From positions 1 to 64,000 of the forward strand of contig JAHRHZ010000102.1 in NCBI GenBank assembly GCA_024137785.1: 64,000 nucleotides of DNA, read 5' to 3'. The position numbers and the translations under genes were made by a program. Shown one piece after another: positions 1-11,697 of the stretch. The first letter of the stretch is position 1. Every line of letters starts with the position of its first letter. The notes under the pieces are model-generated. The model searched no databases. It saw only the letters and a program-made list of their open reading frames with translations, and had not been told where the DNA came from. The stretch is from Ginglymostoma cirratum. Its lineage: Eukaryota.

Positions 1-190
1 TATCCGCCTCCCCCTCTCTCCCTATTTATTTCAGAACCCTCTTCCCCTCCCTCATTTCTGATGAAGGGTCTAGGCCCGAAACGTCAAGCTTTCCTGCTCC
101 TATGATGCTGCTTGACCAGTTGTGTTCATCCAGCCCCACACTTGGTATCTCGGATTCTCCAGCATCTGCAATACCTTTTATCTCTGATTA
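1..190 (+). mobile_element. 3' terminus (pLTR-like) of a Penelope-like retroelement, truncated by the window edge
   Basis: Nearly the reverse complement of 13277-13430, the end of the GIY-YIG-encoding element; contains a hammerhead core. Confidence 0.8.
55..88 (+). ncRNA. Minimal type I hammerhead ribozyme motif
   Basis: CTGATGA-A-GGGT(CTAG)GCCC-GAAA-CGTC: core boxes, stem II, palindromic ACGT in place of stem III, GUC cleavage triplet. Confidence 0.65.
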
Positions 191-269
191 TAGAGGTCTC
201 CAGCACAGAAAAAGACCCTTTAGCCCATCAGGTCTGACCAGTTGAACTCAAGACCCTGACTGTTCTCGG

Positions 270-368
270 AAAAAAAACCAAAATTGCTGAAAACGCTCAG
301 CAGGTCTGGCAGTATTTGTGAAGAAAAATCAGGGTTAATGTTTCGGGTCTGGTGACCCCTTCTCAGAA
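270..368 (-). mobile_element. Short Penelope-terminus-derived insertion with a degenerate hammerhead core
   Basis: Reverse strand reads AGTTCTGAGAAGGGGTCACCAGACCCGAAACATTAAC; flanked by an imperfect direct repeat CTGACTGTTCTCG / CTGACCATTCTCG. Confidence 0.6.
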
Positions 369-597
369 CTGACCATTCTCGTCTCATTTCCCAGCACATG
401 GCTCACAGCCTCACCGTAGTTGGCCCTGCAAGTGTATATCTTAAAATACGTTAACATTTATGATGGTTTGTGCTTGTTCTACCATGACAGGCAGTGAGTT
501 GCCTTTTCCCACCATAGGCAATCTCAGTGAAAAGTTTTGTTGTCGCTGCTTTGACTTCTGTCGCAAACGGCCTTTGCATTTGTTATCAGCTTTCACG

Positions 598-679
598 TGT
601 AGTCAGCAGGGCTCACACCGGCACAGGAATACCCCAATGGATTTCAAGTCCATCGCCTTAACCACTCGGCCATGACTGC
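598..679 (-). pseudogene. tRNA-Ser(UGA)-derived, T-loop/B-box disrupted
   Basis: GCAGTCATGGCCGAGTGGTTAAGGCGATGGACTTGAAATCCATTGGGG...; T arm reads GGTGTGAGCC instead of GGTTCGAATCC. Confidence 0.85.
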
Positions 680-2166
680 AGGGGATAGTGTTATGCTGTT
701 TATCTTTTCAGGTCGTTTCCCGTGCCCAGTCGAGCTGTGGATGGATGAATTATTGCTGGGTTTGTTTGAATCCAATCACTTCGTAGATTTCTAAAGTGTT
801 AAATTTGGTACATGGTGATTCTGGTTGTTTCATCCCAGTAGAAAAAATAAATGTTCATTTACAAGCGAAAATATAAATTGCAGGAAAAAAACTCAGCGGG
901 TCTGGGAGCATCTTCGGGCAGAGAGTTTGAGTCAACGTTTCAGAACTTCTTCAGAACTCTGTTTTCTCCTTTCTGTAATGCAGTTTCTGTTTTCGCTTCT
1001 GATTCCCAGCTCTTTACGGTAGCCATTAAAGCAACATAGAAATACCTTCGTGATCACTCACCGGACAAGATTTACGTCTGGGGAACATTTTCCTGACTGC
1101 ATTAAAACCCATAACTGTATAGTCAAAAGGGAACTGGCAGAGTGAGAACAGCACTTGTTACTTCCTCAGTGGCCTCAAACCGCCAACTTCACATTTCCCA
1201 GTCGAATTGCACAACAGAAAATGACGAGCTCTTGCAGCAGCCCTTAAAGCGGGCTCGTAGTGAATTCAAACATCCAACTGCCTCGCTTGGAATGATAATT
1301 GTCTTGTATCAGCTGTACTTTTCCAAAATGAAACCTGGGACATACATTGAGGAGACATGGGTTCAGTCTGCTCCTACCCTTAGCAGACCCATCCATATCA
1401 CCGGGAACCAGCTCTCCTACAACTGGGCCTGTCTCCCTTTGACCCTTTCAGTGTCTTGTCTATTTCTGAGTTTTCTCATTGTCGCGGAGCCGATTTGAGA
1501 TTTGAATTCCTGATGTGCAGGAATGAGAATTCTTTCAATGTCTCAGATCAGTTCATGTCCCGATAATATCCGAGTCAGTGTCCCGGCCTTTTAAAAGAAG
1601 TGGCAGGTGTCTGGACTGTTTATGCTCAGTCGGAAAGTTCACTCTTCATTCTCCTGTGATTCCAGTTCCCAAAACGTTTCTAAAGATTCACAAAGCTGGA
1701 GGCTGGGTTTTCTGTTTCGCTTCCTTAACATTTTCTCCCCAACAACTGACTATATTTTCCCAAAATCTCTTGCACCATGTCAAGAGATTGGGAAGTACCG
1801 TTTGGTGGACAGAAACCCAAGGCCGGGAATGTTCTCTTTGGAGCAAAACCGGAGATTTCCTGGGGCTGTATGTAATGATGGGGTTGGTTGGGAGTGCGGA
1901 TGAGCGGGTTGATCATCGTGAGAAACTGTGCCAATGACAAGGGTCTGTTGCCAGAGGACTGGGATTGAAGATAATTCATGAAAAACAGCAATTATGCAGA
2001 ATAAACACGCAGAATACTGCAGAAATTCAACACGTCCAGCTGTGTCGGTGGTAAGAGAAACAGAGCGAAGGTTTTGAGGACAGCGAGATTCTTGTCCAGA
2101 ACACACGTTCCCTGAACGTCAACACACTACCGGACCTGAGAAAACATCAGTTCGTTTTGACAGAAA

Positions 2167-2250
2167 CATCGTCAGTAGAATTTGAACCTGTGCGGGGAAA
2201 CGCCCAACGGATTTCAAAATCCATCGTCTTAACCGGTCGGCCACGACTAC
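2167..2250 (-). pseudogene. tRNA-Ser(UGA)-derived
   Basis: GTAGTCGTGGCCGACCGGTTAAGACGATGGATTTTGAAATCC...GGTTCAAATTC; two 1-nt insertions and stem mismatches. Confidence 0.8.
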
Positions 2251-2659
2251 TGGCCAAGGTGGAGCTTTAATATTTCTCAAGAAAAGGTTTAACAGGAAAG
2301 GTGAGTATTCGACTTGTGATGTCTGTCCAACGACCCTAAATTTCACTGTCACCATGGACTTGATCAGAACGGAGTAGGCTGTGGTGGAATTGAATTGAAC
2401 TAAACACATTGATGAACGACAGAGTGGATGGAAAGGATCCATTTCCATGAGCGGAGAGATTAATTATCAGGGCAATGGATCGAGAAAGAATTATGTTCTT
2501 GTATTTTCATCGCGCCTTTCACCACCACTGAAATCGAAGCCAATGAAGTACGTTTGGAGCAGATTCGTCTTTGGCGAATCTAATGTGCAAATCAGGGCAG
2601 TTGGTTTAACTAGAGGTCTAAAAACAAAATGTTTAAAATACTTACGACTGGCGCTGGAG

Positions 2660-3350
2660 ACGCCAGTGAGTTCATACTTAACTTTGGAGGCTTGTTGCGC
2701 TCTCATTTTTACCCGGGTGTGTTATCTCCAAGAAACGAGTTGCCCATTTAAATCAGAATTAAGGTGAATTTTCTCACGCTTAGGGAGAAGCAAATCTGTG
2801 GAATTCTTGAAAGCAGCGGCTGTCCTGTCTAGGTATATTCAAGGCTGAAACAGCCAGACATTTCGTCATTTCGGGAGTCAAGGGCCACGTGGATAAGGCA
2901 GAACATGGTGTTGAGGATCACCAAATCAGCCATGACCTCGTTAAAAGGTATAGCTGTACTGATTGGCCAGATGGCTTCAATCTGCTGCAATTGCTTATCT
3001 GTCATTTGGAAAATGCTCGGGAACAATGTAGAGGACGAAATAGCAGAACATTCACCAAAGATGACTGCAGTCAAACTGAGTCAACATTGTTTGCTGAAAG
3101 AAAATCTGCACTTGACAATTTTCCAAGAGTTGCCTGCTAATGTTAAAAGCAGAGTTCATAAGGGAAGCCCGTAGATGAAGTGTACTTGAATTTTAGATAG
3201 CGGTCGAAAAAGGGGTCATATAAAAAGTCATAGCACAAGGTCAGAATTCACGGTGTTGGGTAATAAATGAGCATGGATTTCCTATTGTTTAATTAACAGA
3301 AGACAAAGAATCGGGATAAAGGGTATTTTTAAAGTTGAAATATCCAACCC
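2660..3350 (+). mobile_element. Degraded CR1-like LINE fragments (3' end plus RT region)
   Basis: Resembles the other CR1-like ORF2/3'UTR pieces in the window; many stops. Confidence 0.55.
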
Positions 3351-3759
3351 CCCACAACCCATGCACCATACTCTTAAGTACACTATTTGATGGACACTTG
3401 GAGATCTTTTAACTTAACGTAATTCATGGAACCTGCCACATTACACATTACCAGATCTAAATTAGCCACATCCCACATCCTACCCGTAATGCATCTTTTG
3501 CCTCTTTGAACAGTTATGGAAACGTTTTTCTCTGAAATTTATCACCTTCATCGAAAAGGGCTTTATGGTGAAGGAAAAATCGTAAACCAATCTTTACTTG
3601 GCACAGATTTATTCACAGAGTGCAACATTACAGGTATGCAGTTCCTGACTCCACTCATTGTCTGTAAGTGTCTTGTTATCAGTTCTCCAGTCACCAAAGA
3701 ATGTGTACATAATATTTGATAAAAAATGGGCAACTACAGTGAAGGCCACTAAAACATTT

Positions 3760-3990
3760 ATCATCTGTGTGGCTGCCAAGATGTCTCAGTAAGTGTCTCA
3801 GACTGATTGAATCCTTTCCCACACTCAGAACAAATGCATGGTTTCTCTACCGTGTGAATTCGCTGGAGAGCAGACGGGAAGACTGACGAGATCTCTTCCA
3901 ACACTTGGAGCATTTGATCGACCTCTCCTAAGTGCGATCTCGCTGGTGTGTCAGCAGATAGGATGTTTGAGTGAACCCTTTCTACACAAA
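3760..3990 (-). pseudogene. C2H2 zinc-finger gene fragment
   Basis: Translation LQRIHTVEKPCICSECGKGFNQS matches the H-T-G-E-K-P linker and CxxC; frameshifted. Confidence 0.75.
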
Positions 3991-4009
3991 AAGCAATTAT
4001 AGAGTTCGA

Positions 4010-4470
4010 GAGATATTCAGCGCAGAAACAGAGCCTTTGGTTCAACTAGTCCATGCCGACCAGATATCAAAAATTAATCTAGTCCTGTCTGCCAGCATTT
4101 GGCCCTTATCCCGCTAAACCCTTCCTTTCCATGTATCCATACAGATGCCTTTTAAATGTTGTATTTATACCAGCCTCCACCATTTCCTGTGTCAGTTCAT
4201 TCTTTACACACACCATTCTGCGTGTCAAAACATTACACTCTACGTCCCTTTAAAATCTTTACCCTCCAACCTTAATTCTATAACCTCAAGTTTGGACTCC
4301 CCTACCCTGGGAAAAAAGACCGTATCGCTACCTCTCATGATTTTATTAACTTCTATAAGGTGACCCCTCAGCCTCCAACATAAATAGCCCAGTTTATTCA
4401 GCCTCTCCCTCCAGCTCAACTGCTGAAACCCTGGCAACATCTTTGTAAGCCTCTTCTAAACCTTTTCATC
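4010..4470 (-). mobile_element. CR1-like LINE 3' end
   Basis: ORF2 C-terminus ERLNKLG...RLRGHLIEVNKIMRG followed by 3'UTR. Confidence 0.8.
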
Positions 4471-4800
4471 TTTACTTGAGCAGAGAGAATAGAATTGAAT
4501 GCAATATGTGAGGTTTCGTATGTGGGTATTGACGTGGTTAGTGGGTGCAGAGAAGAACATCCTCTTTATCTCGCCAGTTTCAATTGTGAAAATATCGGTT
4601 TTAAAGCAGTGTCAGAGGAAATTGTCTCTTTCTGTGCATTTTCACTGGAAATGTTCAGCTGTGAACTGTCCGTCTTTACAAAAGCCGTATTTGACTTAAG
4701 TTCTCACTGAGTCACATTGAGATAGAAAAAAAGCATCAAGTTTCTGTGATCGGGTGTTTAAGTACATGAACATGTGGATAGGGACAGAATCAGCCTGTTT

Positions 4801-4874
4801 GGCGCTGTGCCTTATTTAGTTAAAGTGCCCAGCTAATAAACAGGAGATCGTTGTTTGCGTCCCAATAATGCCTA
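4801..4874 (+). pseudogene. tRNA-Thr(AGU)-derived, degenerate
   Basis: GGCGCTGTGCCTTATTTAGTTAAAGTGCCC...AAACAGGAGATC...TGCCT; paralog of 34397-34470. Confidence 0.75.
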
Positions 4875-5401
4875 CAGCTCAGATTGAGGGTATCTTGTCT
4901 AAACTTCTTGCAAATAGCACCAGTTGCTTGATTCTTCGAGGTGGCTTGCTTCTTACATTTATACTCAATGCATTATTATTCCTCTGCTCCCGATCCAGTT
5001 GTCTGAGCTTTACCCAAGTGGCTGTTTTGTTTGTTGCTGTTTTGTGAACTGTAACAATTAACAATTGTCAGCTAATCAGAGAGAGAAATTTTGATAAATA
5101 TGCCGATTTGACAGATAAAGCTGATAATTTCGCCTAATATTATATTATTGAAATACATAACTAACCTAGTTCAAATTAACGATCTGTGGACCCGAAAGGT
5201 TACCTCTCTTTCTCTCCACAGATGCTGCCAGGCCTGCTGAGTTTCTCGGTCAATTCCTGTTTCTCTTTCAGACTTTGAGCATCTGCAGTTCTGTTAACTT
5301 GAATAATTTCTGGGACAAAACAGTACATCTACAGGCTCCACAGCTTCTTTCTCGTTCCTGAAAATCAGTCATCACAATAAACGAGCAGAATAGAACTGCC
5401 A

Positions 5402-5473
5402 TTCCCTGACTGAAAACGGAACTCAGCCTGCGGCAGTGAAAGCGCCAAATCCTAACCACGAGATCACCAGAAA
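5402..5473 (-). pseudogene. tRNA-Glu(UUC)-derived
   Basis: Reverse strand ...GTGGTTAGGATTTGGCGCTTTCACTGCCGCAGGCTGAGTTCCG...TCAGGGAA. Confidence 0.8.
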
Positions 5474-5554
5474 GCGTGCTTCAGACTCTTGTATCTTTTC
5501 TCAACGACACTGCTTCTGACTTTTGATTTGCTGTCACTTTCACCAAAATTCCAT

Positions 5555-6720
5555 TTTCATTTTTAATGACCTGCTGCACCTGCAATCCTATGTTTAGTGA
5601 TTCATGCACAAGGACACCCAAGTCCCTCAACACAGCAGCGTGCTGCAATTTTTTTACCATTAACACATAGTCCTTTTTGCGTTATTCCTACCAAAATAGA
5701 TGATGTCACACGTATCAACATTGTACTCCATCTGCCAGACCTTTGCCCACTCACTTAGACTATCTATATCACTCTGCAGACTTTCAGTGCCTTCTGCACA
5801 CTTTGTTCTACCACTTGTCTTAGTGTCATCTGCAAATTTTGATACACCACACTTAGTCCCCAATTCCAAATCACCTATGGAAATTGTAAACAATTGTGCT
5901 CCAAACACTGACCCCTGAGGCACGCCACTAGCCACTGACCGCCAACGAGAAAACACCCATTTACCCCTCTTCTTTGTTTTCCACTGGTCAACCAATCCTC
6001 TATCTATGCCAATACACTACACGTAATACCGTGCAACTTTATCTTATGTAGCAGCCTTTGGTGTGGCATCTTGTCAAATACCTTCTGGAAATTCAGACAC
6101 GCCACATCCACAGGTTCCCCATTGTCCACATTGCAAGTAATGTCCTCAAAGATTCCACCAAATTAGTTAAACATGACCTCCCCTTCATGAACCCATAAAA
6201 ACCAAAAGGACTGCTGATGCTGTAAATCAGGAGCAAAAACAAAGTGGCTGGAAAAGCTCAGCAGGTCTGGCAGCATCTGTGGAGGACAAAACAGAATTAA
6301 CATTTCGGGTCCGGTGACCCTTCCTCAGAACTGGACCTGATGAGCTTTTCCAGAAACTTTGTCTTTGGTTCATGAACCCATGCTTGGTGTTCCCAATAGG
6401 ACAATTTATATTGATGCCTTGCTATTTCTTCCTTAATGATAGATTCAAGCATTTTCCACTGCCGAGGTTAAGCTAACTGGCCTAAAGTTACCTGCTTTTT
6501 GTCTACTTCCTTTTCTAAACGGTGACGTCACATTGGCTGTTTTTCAATCTGCAGGAACCCCCCCAGAGTCCAGTGAATTTTAGTAAATAATTCCTAGTGC
6601 ATTTGCTATGTCCCCCATCACGTCTTTTAGTATCCTGGGATGCATTTCATCAGGGCCAAGAGACATGTCTACCATTCGCTCCATTACCTTGCCCAGCACT
6701 GCCTCCTTTGTGATAATGAT
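5555..6720 (-). mobile_element. CR1-like LINE reverse transcriptase fragment
   Basis: WRSVASGVPQGSVFGAQLFTISIGDL...SKFADDTK (RT motifs); interrupted by the insertion at 6197-6368. Confidence 0.9.
6197..6368 (-). mobile_element. Penelope-terminus-derived insertion with a hammerhead core and a 13-bp TSD
   Basis: Reverse strand AGTT-CTGAGGA-A-GGGTC(ACCG)GACCC-GAAA-TGTT-AATT; TTCATGAACCCAT at 6184-6196 and 6369-6381. Confidence 0.8.
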
Positions 6721-6839
6721 AATATCTATACGAATCAGTGAGGGTTTCACATCAGAGGTGAATTAAATGGGAAGAAACACTGAAATCCATTGCTTTCATC
6801 AGCTCAGAAACAGTACTGCAAAAAATGCTCTTTATTGAA

Positions 6840-7200
6840 ACATACAGGTGTGATTAGCGATGTAACGGATTGGATGCAGAAAGGTTAGTTCCCTTCTGGG
6901 GCCGCCTCGGAACGGAGTGTCTGATGTCAGAATGGAGGTCGCACATTTAAGGCAGAGTCGAGTTAAAATTTATTCTCTCAGATGGTTGTGAATTGGTGGA
7001 TTCTTAAACAGAAGAGGGTTGTCGAAACTGGCCCAATAAGTATATTTAAGGCGGAGATCGAAAGATTTTTAGTAGCAAGAGTATCAAAGGTTACGGAAAA
7101 ATCCAAGAAAGTGCAGTTCAGGATTATCAGATCAGGATTATCCGCTCATTTAATAGCAGAGCAGACTTGATGGCCAGAGTTGTCTCTTTCTACTCTAAAA
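6840..7200 (+). mobile_element. CR1-like LINE 3' fragment
   Basis: Typical FSQ.VVN.W / IFKAEIERFL ORF2 tail. Confidence 0.65.
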
Positions 7201-7629
7201 TGCATGATGTTAATATAAGTCTGCAAAACTGACCGGAGAAAAATTCGCCAACTTAAAAATGTGTGGATCCCTTCGGGGCACTGAACCGAGGTGAGATGTG
7301 CAAAGGGCAGCAAACAAGAGGGCAGTCCTTGTGGTTGGTTATTCCGGAGTGATCTGTATACCAGGGTAAACAGGAAAAACCAGATTTCGGTGCACATATT
7401 GAGCCTGGCTCCATTAGGCCCACAGTCAACTCTCACAAACCACCATTGCCCTTCACTTTTTCTGACCTCCCCTCTGTTCTTGTCTTAAACAAATTGCACG
7501 TCAGGCAATTACAGCTGACATTGCTGATGCAGAACTGTAATATGGATTGAAGCAATACCGACTGGTCTGCGGCATAATTCTGCTTCTAAAGATCAGTCAA
7601 TATTTCATAGTTATTATTGTAAATTTTAA

Positions 7630-7686
7630 CCACGAACACGCCATGGCAGTGAAGGCACTGAATCCTAATCAGTAGATGACGAGGGA
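7630..7686 (-). pseudogene. tRNA-Glu-derived remnant
   Basis: Reverse strand TCCCTCGTCATCTACTGATTAGGATTCAGTGCCTTCACTGCCATGGC; 3' end eroded. Confidence 0.55.
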
Positions 7687-8513
7687 AGACTTCTATCTGT
7701 ATCACCGTGGCCACTGCCTGATTCAGCATTGCATCGCTCATCCTTCTGCACATGATTCCCTCTGATCCATTTCGGTTTTGTCGCATTGTCTTGGTTTATA
7801 ATGTACAGACTATCCTGTTATCTATTACATTGCAGTTTCTAATGCATGAAACCCGACCTTACTGGGAACAGTCTTCGTTCTGTAGCGCAGCATTGAAAGC
7901 AATGGTCTTGTAACGCATAGATCATGAGTTTACTTCTAACTGGAGCATATGAGAATGTTTGTACAGCTGCTGCATCCAACATCCAAAGGAGCAATTTCAA
8001 TATCATCTGAAATTATGCCAATGTCATTTCCTCCACAGGCCAGCAGGTAGCTGAGGTGAGATATTATAAACTGCAGATTGACAAGGAAACAATGGGGGAC
8101 CAACCCGAGAGGGGAATGGCCGAATGCTTTTTTTTTTCTTTGCCGTAATCAGATTCTGGTTTTGAAGTGTGAAACGGGACAACATAACACAAATAGGTGA
8201 AATCCTACTTTCTGGGCGTTGGTCTCTGCTGAGGCCTTTGTCACCTTCTGGGAAATATGCCTGTGTGTTACCTTCTGAGGGTGAAAATGTGGTCCAGTTC
8301 CCCAGGGGAACATGACCATCTCAAATGGCCGGTCCATCGCCTCGGAGCACACAAGGTGATGGGCCAAGGCGAGAAACTGGGATGTTGATCCTCTTTCCGT
8401 GCTGTAAAAACACGATGATTCAATCATTTTGGAGGAGAAACAACAGTCATAGAAAGGAAAAAAAAAGCCGGAAGTTGTGTCATTAAGAAACGATGCACAT
8501 CAACCTTCCATTA

Positions 8514-8557
8514 TCCCTGATGGTCTCGTGGTTAGAGTTCGATTCCCGGTCAGGGAA
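8514..8557 (+). pseudogene. tRNA-Glu with a 28-nt internal deletion (anticodon arm lost)
   Basis: TCCCTGATGGTCTCGTGGTTAG|AGTTCGATTCCCGGTCAGGGAA. Confidence 0.85.
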
Positions 8558-9365
8558 TCAAGTTTTATTGTTCCTGATGGTGACAACAGCAAAGGCAGCG
8601 AAGCTCTGTCCGCAATCCTTTCAATGTCAGTTAATGTCTCCGAGAACATCAGAGTCCATATTCCAGCCGCTTAAAGAGGGGAAAGGCGCCTTAGCCGTCA
8701 CTGCTCAGTCAGGCTATTCACCTTTGCGTTGTGTTGTTAGCAGGGACATCAGCAGTCATAGTAACATTCACAAGATGAACAACCAGTAAAGATAATCACT
8801 TTCGCTACTTCAATTCAATTGTCTCCCCTTTGTAACGCGGTGAGTTTCACTGGCATTTGTCGTCAGGAAGCTGCAATTCACCCTGTCGAGTCTGCTTAGC
8901 CATTCAAGGAGATCACTGCTGATATGATAAATGGCGACTCTGCTTTCCTGCTTTCCCTCCATAACCTGAGGTAACCTCGAGCCAAATCACAACATCATAT
9001 ATTACTGATATTTTTCTGAAGTTCAGATTACTTCAGTGACCTGTACATGTTTGCATGAAATTGAATAATATGAAACGAGCAAAAAAAAGCCCTCCCCGCA
9101 ATTCAACCCAGTGCAGGGTCAGCCGTGTGACAAGAGTTAGAAAGCGAAAACGTTACCTCCAATTCTCCTAACACAGATTTCTCTCTTGACGAGTTGAATA
9201 TTTGCAGCATTTTTCATGATAATTGTGACATTTTCAAGGACAGATCCTCCCTCAATCCAGAAATAACTGTGCTGCCAAAAACGATTTTGACTCAAATTAG
9301 AAGTACTGAGCATCTTTTCATACAGCTTGATGCCCCAATAATCCCTGCTCCATGTCACTAAAAGC

Positions 9366-9460
9366 TGCTCCGGGCGAGGTTGGAGCTCACGGCCTCGGCA
9401 TTTCACCACCTCGACACCGTCAGAGAAGGAGCGCGCGCTCACAGATTGCGTCACTTCGAT
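9366..9460 (-). pseudogene. Intron-containing tRNA-Ile(UAU)-derived copy, anticodon reads TCT
   Basis: AGTGACGCAATCTGTGAGCGCGCGCTCCTTCTC[21-nt intron]ATGCCGAGGCCGTGAGCTCCAACCTCGCCCGGAGCA; 5' acceptor strand replaced. Confidence 0.75.
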
Positions 9461-10035
9461 CTGCATCACCCTGGTCACTGCCTGACTCAGCATTGCATTC
9501 TCCAATCCTTCTGCGCATCATTCCCGCGGCTCTATCTCGGTTTTGTCACATTTTCTTGGCTCATAATGCACAGACTATCTCGTCAGCTATTATCACAGTG
9601 GATGTCCATACGCTCATTGCCGTCCCCATTTCCGGTTATATCTTCGCGGCTGGGCCAACTGAGTTTCTCTGGTTCCGGACCCGGGAACTGGAATTATATG
9701 ACCGCACGCAGCAATGGTTACTTCCTTGTGTGAGGGAACTGGTGAAGTATCCGATGTCAGATTGCTATTGAAAAGTACATTTCAACAAGAGCCTGCACTA
9801 TCCCCTGAGCTTTTGATATTTTGTAGGAATCTATCAATCTCAGTCTTCAACATACTCATTGATGGAATCTACACAACCACTGGTCGCATCGTAATTACAG
9901 ATTCCAGCCCTTTGTGAATCCCCACATTAGAGTGCACTGTTTGTAAAGAATTCCTATTGTGGATCTGGTGCTGTTCCTATCATATCCGCTGCCACTGTAG
10001 TTACTATGCTTTACAAGCAGGTTTCTTCATGTGGC

Positions 10036-10107
10036 GCCGTGATCGTGTAGTGTTTAGTACTCTGCGTTGCGTCCGCAACAACCTCGATTTGAATACGAGC
10101 CACAGCA
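10036..10107 (+). pseudogene. tRNA-His(GUG)-derived
   Basis: GCCGTGATCGTGTAGTGTTTAGTACTCTGCGTTGCGTCCGCAACAACCTCGATTTGAATACGAGCCACAGCA; anticodon and B-box mutated. Confidence 0.85.
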
Positions 10108-10659
10108 GTGATTGTTTCTTGTAATTATTTTTTTTGAGACTGGCTATAGAAATGCGGTAAGTATCACACATTTTTATGTGAAAATATTCTTTGAGGTGGC
10201 GACAATCATATCTCAACACCTTGCTCTCTCACATATCTGCATTTGATGTATCAGGATTCAAATCCACAACTTGGAGATTTCTCTCCCTCCCACAATCACT
10301 AACTCTCTTTTCCATTCCTCCTTCCACTTCACTGAGGCACTGCACAATCTAACATCCATTTTCACATTGACATCGTTCACTCTGTCCTGTTGCTCTCAGT
10401 GTTGCTGTGTGAACGTTTCCTGGCTCACAATCGAGAACTTTAAACCAGACAATCCATTTAGATACTGCGGCGGTGAAATCAAAACTCGTGTGGCAGCTTT
10501 TACTGACATGGGCCAGTGATTATTGGAGCATCAGACTTAGGAAAATGACACAGGGCAATATTGACCAAAATAGACTTTATCGGAAAAGACCAGTTTCTGT
10601 GGCTTTCTGCATCATTTATTTCGTTTGTTCATTTGGCTGTAGCTAGAGTATTGTGTGCA

Positions 10660-11110
10660 GTCTGTGATTTACATTATTGCGGGGATTTAAAATCACGATA
10701 AATGGTGCAGGAGAGATTTACCAGGATTTGTCTGGGCTGAAGAGTTTCAGTCTGAAGAGAGATTGAACAGACTTGTGGTTGTTTTCCTTCGAGCAGAGGA
10801 GATGTACAAAATAATGAGGGATATTGATAGTGTAGACTCAAATGAACGCTTCGCCTTGATGGAAGGATTGTTCACCAGGGACCATAGATTTCATGCAAGA
10901 GATCGGAAGGTTGGAGTAAGTATGCGGAAAAACGTTTTCAGCCAGTGGGTGTTTGGAATCTGGAAGCTACTGCCTGTAAGTGTCCTGGAGGCAGATATCT
11001 TGATGACTTTAAGAAACATTCAGATGTGAATTTGTGATGCTAAGACATTGACGGCTGTGGACTCAGCGATAGAATTAGAATTAGGATACTTAAACAATTG
11101 TACATGATTG
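10660..11110 (+). mobile_element. CR1-like LINE 3' fragment
   Basis: EMYKIMRDIDSVD...TRDHRF...RKNVFSQWVFGIW ORF2 tail. Confidence 0.75.
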
Positions 11111-11140
11111 GTACACTCTTAAGGAGTCATTGGTTCAAGG

Positions 11141-11212
11141 TCCTCGGTAGTACAGTGTTTCGTATCCTTGCCAGACACGTGCGAGACTGGGGTTCCATTC
11201 CTCGCCAAGGAG
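11141..11212 (+). pseudogene. tRNA-Asp(GUC)-derived
   Basis: TCCTCGGTAGTACAGTGTTTCGTATCCTTGCCAGACACGTGCGAGACTGGGGTTCCATTCCTCGCCAAGGAG. Confidence 0.8.
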
Positions 11213-11229
11213 GGTCCAAGCATTTTTGG

Positions 11230-11440
11230 GCCCTATCAGCGAAAGGGACCCAAGCTTTGATTTCAGCTTGAGCTGATGTCTGTGTGGAGTTTGCACATTC
11301 TGGCCGTGTCTGCGTTGGGATGCTTCAGTTTCTTCCCCCAGTCTGACCTTATGCAGGGTCGGTGAATTGGCTCCGGGAAATTGCCCCGTTGTGTGCAGGG
11401 AAGAGCAGGCCAGGTTGATGAGACACTGTAAACGCGGGTT
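11230..11440 (+). mobile_element. HE1/V-SINE-like fragment
   Basis: GTCTGTGTGGAGTTTGCACATTCT...CGTGTCTGCGT...TTTCTTCCCCCAGTC V-domain; compare 52141-52474. Confidence 0.7.
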
Positions 11441-11454
11441 TATGAGGATTGGCG

Positions 11455-11697
11455 GGTGTCACTATTTTATTCTTGGCTCCGGATGAGAATGGTCACTGCT
11501 TCATATCAGGCTGTGGGGTATAATGTTCACTCTTTTATGCTGGACTCACTGTTTTATATCGGACTCTGAGTGAATGTTTTCTGGTTTATATTGGGCTGTG
11601 GGAGGGAATGGTCACGGTTTTATATCGGGCACTGGGGCCAAATGTTCACTGTTGTGTATCCGGCTCTCGGGGAGATTGGTCACTCGTTGGTATCGAA
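11455..11697 (+). repeat. Degenerate minisatellite, unit of about 33 bp
   Basis: Recurring AATGGTCACTGTTTTATATCGGGCTCTGGGG-like unit, about 7 copies. Confidence 0.65.

Larger units (their letters stand above)
3381..5290. repeat. Segmental duplicate, inverted copy at about 33990-35871 (ZNF remnant + CR1 tail + tRNA-Thr)
   Basis: e.g. 5021-5068 GCTGTTTTGTTTGTTGCTGTTTTGTGAACTGTAACAATTAACAATTGT is the near reverse complement of 34197-34245; 3400-3495 mirrors 35780-35871. Confidence 0.9.
6730..8640. repeat. Segmental duplicate, inverted copy at about 38320-40290
   Basis: 7440-7605 mirrors 39240-39400; 8150-8330 mirrors 38730-38920; the Glu-like loci at 8514 and 38416 correspond. Confidence 0.8.

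Noticed and set aside
1160-1215. Possible tRNA-Asn 3' half on the minus strand
   Set aside because: Only a weak T-arm resemblance (GTTGGCGGTTTGAGGCCAC); anticodon and 5' half not supported.
11455-11697. CRISPR-like array
   Set aside because: Units are contiguous and degenerate, without unique spacers; vertebrate context and no cas genes.
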